This document shows positions 49,920 to 58,057 of a stretch of 64,000 nt of DNA, piece by piece. The notes beneath the pieces were generated by a model, which saw only the letters and a list, made by a program, of their open reading frames with translations, did no database searches and was not told where the DNA came from. The position numbers were made by a program, and so were the translations under genes. The DNA comes from Pseudoxanthomonas sp. Its GTDB lineage: Bacteria > Pseudomonadota > Gammaproteobacteria > Xanthomonadales > Xanthomonadaceae. The stretch is taken from NCBI GenBank assembly GCA_047607085.1, contig JASGDT010000045.1, forward strand, positions 34,142 through 98,141, written 5' to 3'. Position 1 is the stretch's first letter, and every line of letters starts with the position of its first letter.

Positions 49920-50897
49920 ATGGTGGCAGCCTGGGGAATGTTCGTGTTGGGCCTGGCATTGCTGGCGCTGGGCGGCGACAGTTTGGTCAAGGGCGCATCG
50001 GGCCTGGCGCAGAAATTGGGCGCATCGCCCTTTGTCGCCGGCTTGTTGCTGATCGCCTTCGGCACCTCGCTGCCGGAATTGTTCGTCAATGCCTACGCGC
50101 TGGCGCACGGCCAGCCGGCCATGGCGCTGGGCAATGCGGTGGGCAGCAACGTCGCCAACTTCGGCCTGACGCTGGGCGCGGCCGCGCTGGTCGCGCCGGT
50201 GCTGGCGCGGATGCGCCTGCTGTCGCCGTTGCTGGTGTTGCTGGCGGTGGCGACCTTCGCGCTGATCGTGTTCGGGCTGGATGGCGCGGTAGGCCGCATC
50301 GAAGGCGGCGTGCTGCTGCTGGCCTTCGTCGCGCTGCTGGCCTTCCTGCTGGCGCGCGGGCGCAGCGAATCGAGTGAAGTGCGCGCCAGCGTGGCCGCTT
50401 ACGCCGATACCCGCACCGTGCTGTGGATGAACCTGTTGCGCGTCGCCATCGCCGCCGCATTGCTGTACTACGGCGCGAAGTCCGTGGTTGGCGGCGCGAC
50501 GCAACTGGGCGCGGCCTGGGGCTGGTCGCCGTTGCTGGTGGGTCTGTTGCCGGTGGCGATCGGCACGGCCCTGCCGGAAACCGCCGCCGCCATCTTCGCG
50601 GCCAGACGCGGGCAGGGCGAAATGCTGCTGGGCCACGTGATCGGTTCCAGCCTGTTCAACCTGCTGGTGATCGTGGGCGGCATGGCCGCGATCCAGCCGC
50701 TGGGCTTGCCGGATTTGTTCGTGCGCTTCGCCTTGCCGGGTTCGCTGGCCTTCGTGCTGTTGCTGTATCCGATGCTGCGTGGCGACCTGCGCATCCAGCG
50801 TTGGGAAGGCGCGGTGCTGCTGGCGGCGTTCGTCGGCTGGGTGGTGTTTGCGGTCAATGCCATCGACCAGGCCAGGGACGTGATTCCGCTGCGCTGA
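49920..50897 (+). CDS. Ca2+/Na+ antiporter (YrbG-like, CaCA family)
   Basis: Duplicated alpha repeats GTSLPE...GNAVGSN and GTALPE...GHVIGSS. Confidence 0.92.
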   Translation: MVAAWGMFVLGLALLALGGDSLVKGASGLAQKLGASPFVAGLLLIAFGTSLPELFVNAYALAHGQPAMALGNAVGSNVANFGLTLGAAALVAPVLARMRLLSPLLVLLAVATFALIVFGLDGAVGRIEGGVLLLAFVALLAFLLARGRSESSEVRASVAAYADTRTVLWMNLLRVAIAAALLYYGAKSVVGGATQLGAAWGWSPLLVGLLPVAIGTALPETAAAIFAARRGQGEMLLGHVIGSSLFNLLVIVGGMAAIQPLGLPDLFVRFALPGSLAFVLLLYPMLRGDLRIQRWEGAVLLAAFVGWVVFAVNAIDQARDVIPLR

Positions 50898-50913
50898 GGC
50901 GCGACTGCACGCG

Positions 50914-52107
50914 ATGAATCGAGCCGGCGCCATCGACAACGCGCTGCGGCGGCTGCGCGAATTGTTCCGCCTGCAGGCAGCCGGCGGCATCGTGCTGATC
51001 TTCGCCGCTGCGCTGGCGTTGGCCTTGGTCAACTCGCCATGGCGGGGATTCTACGCAGGCTTCCGGCATTTCCCGCTGCTGGGCCGCGCCGCCGAGTGGT
51101 GGATCAACGATGCCTTGATGGCGGTGTTCTTCCTGCTGGTGGCGCTGGAAATCAAGCGCGAAGCGTTCAGTGGCCAGTTGGCCGGTTTCTCGCGCCTGTT
51201 GCTGCCGGTATTGTGCGCCATCGGCGGCGTCGTCGTGCCGGCGCTGCTGTTTGTCGCCGTCAACCATGCCGACGCCACCGCGATGCGCGGCTGGGCGACG
51301 CCGACCGCGACCGACATCGCCTTCGCGCTGGGCGTGCTGGCGTTGCTGGGTCCCCGCGTGCCGTTGGGGATGAAACTGCTGCTATCGACCATTGCGGTAG
51401 TCGATGATCTGGTGGCGATCCTGATCATCGCGGTGTTCTATTCGCACGATCTGTCCCCGGCCTGGCTGCTGGCGGTGGGCGCGTGCATCGTTGCGATGGC
51501 GCTGTGCAACCGTTTGCGCGTGGCAAATCTTGCCGTTTGCCTGCTGCTGGGCGCGGTGCTGTGGTATTGCGTGCTGCAATCCGGCGTGCATGCAACGCTG
51601 GCCGGCGTGGTCACCGGCTTGATGATCCCGTTGCAGCCCGACGTGGCACGCACCGATGCGCTGGATTCGCCGCTGGAGCGGTTGGAACACGCGCTGCACC
51701 CGTGGGTCGCGTTCGCCATCCTGCCGCTGTTCGCCTTCGCCAATGCCGGCTTGTCGCTGGCGGGTTTCCGCTTCGACGACCTGCTGGCGCCGGTGCCGCT
51801 GGGCATCGCGCTGGGCCTGCTGCTGGGCAAGCCGGTGGGCATCGTCGGCACTGCCTTGCTTGTTCGCGCGCTGGGCTGGGCGCGCCTGCCCGAGGGCATG
51901 GGCAATGCCGCTCTGGTCGGGCTGGGGCTGCTGTGCGGCATCGGCTTCACCATGAGCCTGTTCATTGCCGAACTGGCTTATGGTCGCATCGAAGGTCATT
52001 TCAAGGAATCCGCCGTGCTGGGCGTATTGTGCGGTTCGGCGATTTCGGCGCTGCTGGGCTGGCTGTGGCTGCGCGTGGCGTTGAAGCCGGATGCGGCGCA
52101 GGCCTGA
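50914..52107 (+). CDS. nhaA: Na+/H+ antiporter NhaA
   Basis: WINDALMA, ATDIAFALG, AVVDDL (D163/D164 equivalents), SGVHATLAG, LLGKP, GIGFTMSLFI. Confidence 0.96.
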   Translation: MNRAGAIDNALRRLRELFRLQAAGGIVLIFAAALALALVNSPWRGFYAGFRHFPLLGRAAEWWINDALMAVFFLLVALEIKREAFSGQLAGFSRLLLPVLCAIGGVVVPALLFVAVNHADATAMRGWATPTATDIAFALGVLALLGPRVPLGMKLLLSTIAVVDDLVAILIIAVFYSHDLSPAWLLAVGACIVAMALCNRLRVANLAVCLLLGAVLWYCVLQSGVHATLAGVVTGLMIPLQPDVARTDALDSPLERLEHALHPWVAFAILPLFAFANAGLSLAGFRFDDLLAPVPLGIALGLLLGKPVGIVGTALLVRALGWARLPEGMGNAALVGLGLLCGIGFTMSLFIAELAYGRIEGHFKESAVLGVLCGSAISALLGWLWLRVALKPDAAQA

Positions 52108-52128
52108 CGGCTTGCGCCACGGCCACGC

Positions 52129-52611
52129 TCAGTATTTCCAGCCCATCTTGCGGTAGAACTTCGCCAGCACCCAGATCGGGCCGATCAGCAGGTAGGTGAG
52201 GTCGGTGAAGAAGCTGGGCTTGCGGCCTTCGAACAATTTGCTGTGGCCGACGAACTGGCCGATCCACGCCACCGCGAATACGCCGACCGCCAGCCACAGC
52301 AAGGTGCCGGTGCCATAGCGCATCGTCACCAGCCGGCACAGGCAGGCGAAGGTGAAGAACACCACCAGCATGCCGAACGCGATGGGGCGCGACAGCTTGT
52401 AGTAGTACATCCAGGTGGCGAACATCGCCAGCGCCGCCCACACGCCTGGCTTGAACCAACTGCCATGCACGGGGATGCACCACAGCAGCGCGATCACCGA
52501 CCACAGGATCGCCGGCACGCAGACCACGTGGATGAGCTGGTTGCCCGCATTGCGATGGTCGCCGGAATAACTGGCGAAAAAGCGGTCGATGGGGCGTTCG
52601 GCATCGTTCAT
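52129..52611 (-). CDS. DUF962 / Mpo1-like membrane protein
   Basis: Y..DH.N..NQLIHVVCVP, WIGQFVGH..FEGRKPSFF.DL..LLIGP. Confidence 0.85.
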   Translation of the reverse strand: MNDAERPIDRFFASYSGDHRNAGNQLIHVVCVPAILWSVIALLWCIPVHGSWFKPGVWAALAMFATWMYYYKLSRPIAFGMLVVFFTFACLCRLVTMRYGTGTLLWLAVGVFAVAWIGQFVGHSKLFEGRKPSFFTDLTYLLIGPIWVLAKFYRKMGWKY

Positions 52612-52644
52612 CGGTTCCTCCCGGACGAGCAGGAATCAGTCGCC

Positions 52645-53574
52645 TCAATCCACCAGGATCCCCGCCAGCTTCTGCAGGGCTTCGGCGTACTTGGCGCGGG
52701 TGCGTGCGATCACGTCCGCCGGCAACACCGGGCCGGGCGCGGTCTTGTTCCAGTCCAGCGTTTCCAGATAGTCGCGCACGAACTGCTTGTCGTAGCTCGG
52801 CGGGCTGGTGCCGATCCGGTATTCGTCCGCCGGCCAGTAGCGCGAGGAATCCGGCGTCAGCACTTCGTCCATCAGGTACAGGCGGCCGTCGGCGTCGGTG
52901 CCGAACTCGAACTTGGTATCGGCGAGAAGAATCCCGCGCTGCGCGGCGTAGTCGGCGGCGAATTTGTAGATGCGCAAGGTGGCGTCGCGCACCTTCTCGG
53001 CCAGTTCCGCGCCGACGGTCTTCACCATCGCGTCGAAGTCGATGTTTTCGTCGTGATCGCCGACTGCGGCCTTGGTGCTGGGGGTGAAGATCGGGTCCGG
53101 CAGTTTTTCCGCCTGTTGCAGGCCGGCGGGCAGTTCGATGCCGCTGACCTTGCCGGTCTTCTGGTAATCCTTCCAGCCACTGCCGATCAGGTAACCGCGG
53201 GCGATGGCTTCCACCGGCACCGGCTTGAGCTTCTTCGTCACCACGGCGCGCTTGGCGTACAGCGCCGCATCGACGCCGCTGGGCAATACGCTGGCCACGT
53301 CGATGCCGGTCAGGTGGTTGGGCATCAGGTGCGCGGTCCTGGCGAACCAGAAATTGCTGATCTGGCACAGCATCTCGCCCTTGCCGGGGATCGGGTCGGG
53401 CAACACCACGTCGAAGGCGGAAAGGCGGTCGGTTGCAACCATCAACAGGCAATCATGGCCGGCGATGCCCGCTTTTTCCAGGAGCGCGCGCGGCAGGTCG
53501 AACACATCACGCACCTTGCCGCGATGGCGCAGGTTCAAGCCGGGCAGGTCGGATTGCAGCAACGTCGTGGACAC
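52645..53574 (-). CDS. purC: SAICAR synthase
   Basis: [55 protein letters not shown] with AGGAG SD. Confidence 0.97.
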   Translation of the reverse strand: MSTTLLQSDLPGLNLRHRGKVRDVFDLPRALLEKAGIAGHDCLLMVATDRLSAFDVVLPDPIPGKGEMLCQISNFWFARTAHLMPNHLTGIDVASVLPSGVDAALYAKRAVVTKKLKPVPVEAIARGYLIGSGWKDYQKTGKVSGIELPAGLQQAEKLPDPIFTPSTKAAVGDHDENIDFDAMVKTVGAELAEKVRDATLRIYKFAADYAAQRGILLADTKFEFGTDADGRLYLMDEVLTPDSSRYWPADEYRIGTSPPSYDKQFVRDYLETLDWNKTAPGPVLPADVIARTRAKYAEALQKLAGILVD

Positions 53575-53712
53575 GGGCACTCCTGGACAGCGATGGCGGC
53601 TGCCGACGGACCCGCGGGTTGGGGGCCCGCCGTGCAGCGGGCCGCACAGTGTACGACTGCGCGGGCGGGCCGTGGCGTAAAATGGCGGGGATTTTTCGCC
53701 AAGGGACCGCCG

Positions 53713-54042
53713 ATGACGCGCTGGTACGGCAAATTGCTGGGCTTCGTCGCCGGCTGGCTGCTGCTGCGGCATCCGCTGGGCGGATTGATGGGCCTGCTGC
53801 TGGGCCATGCCTTCGACAACGACTGGTTCAAGCTGTCAGGCGAAAACCCGTACCGCGCCTTCGGCCTGACCAGCGACGCCAGCGATGCCGAAGTCGATCA
53901 GGCGTATCGCCGGCTGATTTCGCAATACCACCCCGACAGACTGGCCGGCGCCGCGCCGGAACTGCGTGCGCGGGCCGAAGCAAAAAGCCGCGAACTCAAC
54001 GCCGCCTACGACCGCATCAAGAAACTGCGCAAGCGTGCCTGA
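53713..54042 (+). CDS. Membrane-anchored J-domain protein (compact DjlA-like)
   Basis: N-terminal DjlA-like TM ([13 protein letters not shown]) directly joined to a J domain with HPD. Confidence 0.88.
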   Translation: MTRWYGKLLGFVAGWLLLRHPLGGLMGLLLGHAFDNDWFKLSGENPYRAFGLTSDASDAEVDQAYRRLISQYHPDRLAGAAPELRARAEAKSRELNAAYDRIKKLRKRA

Positions 54043-54070
54043 CACGCTTCAACCCCACCGAGCCATCGCC

Positions 54071-54772
54071 ATGTCCGACTGCCTGATCGCCCCGTCCATC
54101 CTCTCCGCCGACTTCGCCCGCCTGGGCGAGGAAGTGGACAACGTGCTGGCCGCCGGCGCGGACTGGGTGCATTTCGACGTGATGGACAACCATTACGTGC
54201 CAAACCTGACCATCGGCCCGATGGTGTGCAGCGCGCTGCGCAAGCATGGCGTGAGCGCACCGATCGACGTGCACCTGATGGTGGCGCCGGTGGACCGCAT
54301 CGTCGGCGACTTTGCCGAGGCCGGCGCCAGCCTCATCAGCTTTCACCCCGAAGCCAGCGCGCACGTCCACCGCACCGTGCAACTGATCAAGTCGCATGGC
54401 TGCAAGGCGGGCCTGGTGCTGAACCCGGCCACGCCGGTCGATGTATTGGACTGGGTGCTGGAAGAACTGGATCTGGTCCTGCTGATGAGCGTGAACCCCG
54501 GCTTCGGCGGCCAGGCGTTCATTCCGTCGGCGCTGGACAAGTTGCGCGTGGTGCGCAGGAAGATCGACGCCATCGGCAAGCCGATCCATCTGGAAATCGA
54601 CGGTGGCGTGAAAACCGACAACATCGCGGAGATAGCCATTGCCGGCGCGGATGCCTTCGTCGCCGGCTCGGCGATCTTCCGCGAGCCGCGCACGCGCGAA
54701 GCCTACGCGGCCACGATTGCGCAGATGCGTGCGGAAGTCGCCGCTGCAAGGCGGATCGTCGCGCGCGCTTGA
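54071..54772 (+). CDS. rpe: Ribulose-phosphate 3-epimerase
   Basis: [44 protein letters not shown]. Confidence 0.98.
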   Translation: MSDCLIAPSILSADFARLGEEVDNVLAAGADWVHFDVMDNHYVPNLTIGPMVCSALRKHGVSAPIDVHLMVAPVDRIVGDFAEAGASLISFHPEASAHVHRTVQLIKSHGCKAGLVLNPATPVDVLDWVLEELDLVLLMSVNPGFGGQAFIPSALDKLRVVRRKIDAIGKPIHLEIDGGVKTDNIAEIAIAGADAFVAGSAIFREPRTREAYAATIAQMRAEVAAARRIVARA

Positions 54773-54817
54773 GGCACAGGCTCGCGCAACCCCCGCCGGG
54801 CGGGTTAAAGTAGCGCG

Positions 54818-54964
54818 GTGAACCCACAGGCGAACCCCCGCGAATTTCCTTCCGCACGCCGGTCCTGGCGATGGTGGCCCGTTGCCGTCGCCTGCCGCGT
54901 CCACGCCTCCCGGAAGGAAACTCCCCTTGATTTCGCAAGCACAGTTCCAGCAGTTCGCTGCTGA
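54818..54964 (+). CDS. Putative Trp-rich leader peptide (TrpL-like), overlapping trpE start out of frame
   Basis: GTG-started 48-codon ORF with S-W-R-W-W at 54863-54877; TAAAGT -10 box 6 nt upstream; anti-SD inside. Confidence 0.7.
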   Translation: MNPQANPREFPSARRSWRWWPVAVACRVHASRKETPLDFASTVPAVRC

Positions 54965-56405
54965 AGGCATCTACAACCGCATTCCCGTCGTCCGCGAAGT
55001 GCTGTCCGACCTGGACACGCCGCTGTCGGTCTATCTGAAACTGGCCGATGGCCCATACACCTGCCTGTTCGAGTCGGTGGAGGGCGGCGAACGCTTCGGT
55101 CGCTACTCGATCATCGGCCTGCCGGCGCGGCGCGTGTTCCGTTTTCGCGGGCACGTGCTGGAAACGCTGGAATACGGCGAAGTCATCGAAACCCGCGAGG
55201 TCGCCGACCCGCTGGCCGAAGTCGAACGCCTGCGCACGCAATACGCGGTGCCGCAGCTCGACGGCCTGCCGGGTTTCAGCGGCGGGCTGGTCGGCTGGTT
55301 CGGTTTCGAGTGCATCGAATACATCGAGCCGCGACTGGCGCGCACCGACATTCCCGACGAACTCGGCACGCCTGACATCCTGCTGATGCTGGCCGAGGAA
55401 GTGGCGGTGTTCGACAACCTCAAGGGCCGCCTGTACCTGATCGTGCATGCAAACCCGGCCGAACCGCAGGCGTGGGCGAAGGCCAGCCGCCGCCTCGACG
55501 AACTGGCGCACCGCATCCAGCAGGCCGGCGTCGGCTACCCGCGCGCGCAGGTGTCCGATGCGCTGGACGAAACCGATTTCCGTTCGTCCTTCACCCGCGA
55601 GCAGTACCACGACGTGGTGCGCAAGGCGCAGGAATACGTGCGCGCCGGCGACATTTTCCAGGTGGTGCCCTCGCAACGCCTGCGCGTGCCGTTCCGCGCG
55701 CGGCCGATCGACGTGTATCGCGCCTTGCGTGCGCTCAACCCGTCGCCGTACATGTATTTCATCGACACCGGCGGTACCCAGGTGGTCGGTTCGTCGCCGG
55801 AAATCCTCGCCCGCCTGCGTGATGGAGAAGTCACTGTTCGCCCCATCGCCGGCACCCGCCGCCGCGGCCACACCGAAGCGGAAGACAAGGCGCTGGAAGC
55901 CGAACTATTGGCCGATCCGAAGGAACGCGCCGAACACGTGATGCTGATCGACCTGGGCCGCAACGACGTGGGCCGCGTGGCCGAAGCCGGCAGCGTATGC
56001 GTGGCGGAGTCCTTCGTGATCGAACGCTACAGCCACGTCATGCATATCGTCAGCGAAGTCACCGGCAAGCTGAAACCGGGCCTGGGCTACATGGACGTGC
56101 TGCGCGCCACCTTCCCCGCCGGCACCGTCAGCGGCGCGCCGAAGATCCGCGCGCTGGAAGTGATCCGCGAACTGGAACCGGTCAAGCGCAACGTCTATTC
56201 CGGCGCGGTCGGCTACCTCGGCTGGCACGGCGACGCCGACACCGCCATCGCCATCCGCACCGCCGTCATCCAGGATGGTCACCTCTACGTGCAAGCCGGC
56301 GGCGGCGTGGTCTATGACTCCGACCCGGATATGGAGTGGAAGGAAACGATGAACAAGGGCCGCGCGCTGTTCCGCGCGGTGGCGGAAGCGGCGAAGGGGT
56401 TGTGA
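54927..56405 (+). CDS. trpE: Anthranilate synthase component I
   Basis: LFESVEGGERFGRYS, LNPSPYM, GSSPE, RPIAGT, KERAEH.ML.DLGRND, FPAGT.SGAPK; TTG start with AAGGA SD. Confidence 0.97.
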   Translation: MISQAQFQQFAAEGIYNRIPVVREVLSDLDTPLSVYLKLADGPYTCLFESVEGGERFGRYSIIGLPARRVFRFRGHVLETLEYGEVIETREVADPLAEVERLRTQYAVPQLDGLPGFSGGLVGWFGFECIEYIEPRLARTDIPDELGTPDILLMLAEEVAVFDNLKGRLYLIVHANPAEPQAWAKASRRLDELAHRIQQAGVGYPRAQVSDALDETDFRSSFTREQYHDVVRKAQEYVRAGDIFQVVPSQRLRVPFRARPIDVYRALRALNPSPYMYFIDTGGTQVVGSSPEILARLRDGEVTVRPIAGTRRRGHTEAEDKALEAELLADPKERAEHVMLIDLGRNDVGRVAEAGSVCVAESFVIERYSHVMHIVSEVTGKLKPGLGYMDVLRATFPAGTVSGAPKIRALEVIRELEPVKRNVYSGAVGYLGWHGDADTAIAIRTAVIQDGHLYVQAGGGVVYDSDPDMEWKETMNKGRALFRAVAEAAKGL

Positions 56406-56618
56406 TGCAGCCGTTGCGGATACAGTCGTTTCCAACATTGACTGATGTTCTGGAAGCGGTGCTGCGTATGCTCCCGGCCGCGCACCTAAACCCTGAAATC
56501 CAAAACTTTTCTTTTGCGTTCTTGGCGCTCTTTGCGGACTGATTCGCTTTATTCAGACCTTCCCTGAACGCCGGGCGTGGGCGGCATCGCGAATTCCGCG
56601 CCCGAGTGCATCGTGTTC

Positions 56619-56638
56619 CCGCCCCGTGGCGGTTTTTT
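56619..56638 (+). terminator. Intrinsic terminator after trpE
   Basis: CCGCC-CCGT-GGCGG followed by TTTTTT. Confidence 0.7.
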
Positions 56639-56675
56639 GGGGCCTTCCCGGTTTCCCGAGCACGGGCTGCGGTTC

Positions 56676-56705
56676 CCATTCGTCGCTGAATAACGACAGT
56701 TCGTC
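56676..56705 (+). promoter_or_regulatory. Tandem AlgR/LytTR-like binding boxes upstream of pilin cassette
   Basis: CCATTCGTC and CAGTTCGTC, 9 bp each with a 12-bp spacer. Confidence 0.55.
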
Positions 56706-57003
56706 GCTCCGCACGCCAAGCGTACCCGTGCGGACACAGTTTGCCTTTCGGCCGATCGAATGCCGGAACGGAGACTTTTCGCCAATAAAAAGCGTGGCTT
56801 TCACCACAACTCTGCCTGGTGGTCGGCCGGCGCGGGCGGGGAACGGGTCGTGGCGGTCCGGCATGTGTGTCAAGCATGCAAAAAACTGGCAAACCTTCGA
56901 CACGAGCCATCGGTAGCGTTTTCGCTCAGTGGGCAATGGTGGAAACAGGCGGACGGGGATGGACCCGACCCATGCGTCCAGCAACGGATACCGGAGGCAA
57001 TAG

Positions 57004-57579
57004 ATGGCGGCAAGGGTGGAGTACCGACAGCGTGCGGCACCAGGGTTCACATTGATCGAGTTGATGGTGGCGATCGCCGTGCTGGCGATCATGGTCGCGA
57101 TGGCCGTGCCCAGCTTCACCGCGCTGATCAACGGCAACCGCCTGACCGGCCAGGCCAACGAACTGATCGCCGCGCTGCAGGTGGCGCGTTCGGAGGCGGT
57201 GCGCCGCAACGCCCGCGTCGCCGTGTGCGCCAGCAGCGACGGCAGCAATTGCGATACCGCCGTCGAGGACTGGCCGTACTGGCTGGTGCGACTGGTTTCG
57301 ACCAGCGAGGTGCTGCGCGTGCATCGCGTGGACGCGCGCGTGCAGGTGCTGCCCAGCGCGCGGATCAGCGATAACGACAACCAGATCGTGTTTTCTGCCG
57401 ATGGCCTGGCGCGCGACGCCAGCGGTGCGCTGTTGGCCGCCGCCATCGGCGTGTGCATGGCGACCGATTCGCCGCAACAGAACCAGCGCCGGGTCGGCAT
57501 TGCCGCCGGCAGCCGCATCAACACGACCGCCGAAGACACCGACGCCAGCTGCAATGTGCCCGACGATGAAGACGAATAA
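57004..57579 (+). CDS. fimT: Type IV minor pilin FimT/FimU (GspH-like)
   Basis: G|FTLIELMV prepilin site, ARSEAVRRN..V.VCAS. Confidence 0.9.
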   Translation: MAARVEYRQRAAPGFTLIELMVAIAVLAIMVAMAVPSFTALINGNRLTGQANELIAALQVARSEAVRRNARVAVCASSDGSNCDTAVEDWPYWLVRLVSTSEVLRVHRVDARVQVLPSARISDNDNQIVFSADGLARDASGALLAAAIGVCMATDSPQQNQRRVGIAAGSRINTTAEDTDASCNVPDDEDE

Positions 57580-58057
57580 GCTTGCGCCGCGCACGCGCGG
57601 CGGCGGAAAACGCCTGCAGGCCGGCGAACTGCTGATCGAGGTGCTGATCGCCGTGCTGGTGACCGGCATCGGCCTGCTCGGGATCGCCGCGATGCAGGCC
57701 ACCGCGCTGCGCAACAGCCAAAGCGCGCTGCAACGCAGCCAGGCGGCGACGCAGATACATGCCATTTTCGACGCGATGCGCGCCAATCGCGCGGTGGCGC
57801 TGGCCAGCGGTTACGCGCTCAGCCGGACCTGCACGGTGCCGACGACGGGCACTACGCTGGCGACCAGCGACATCAGCGAGTGGATCCAATCCCTGCACGA
57901 CACCCTCGGCAGCGCGGCCTGCGGCACGATCTCGTGCAGCTCCGACGTATGCACGGCGACGGTGGACTGGGACGACAGCCGTGCCAGCGACGCCAGCGAA
58001 GACGGCGTCGCCAGCGGCGCTTCCACCTACAAGGTCAGCGTGGAGGCGCGACTATGA
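57566..58057 (+). CDS. pilV: Type IV minor pilin PilV
   Basis: G|ELLIEVLIAVLV..IGLLGIAAMQ, RSQA, DAMRAN, V.WDDSR; position in cassette. Confidence 0.9.
   Translation: MKTNKLAPRTRGGGKRLQAGELLIEVLIAVLVTGIGLLGIAAMQATALRNSQSALQRSQAATQIHAIFDAMRANRAVALASGYALSRTCTVPTTGTTLATSDISEWIQSLHDTLGSAACGTISCSSDVCTATVDWDDSRASDASEDGVASGASTYKVSVEARL

Noticed and set aside
56886-56930. GGCAAACC upstream of fimT suggesting a c-di-GMP-I riboswitch
   Set aside because: No following GNRA-capped stem or GACGCAAAG segment; only the short motif matches
56800-57003. Sigma54 promoter for the pilin cassette
   Set aside because: No GG-N10-GC with TGGCAC/TTGC context found
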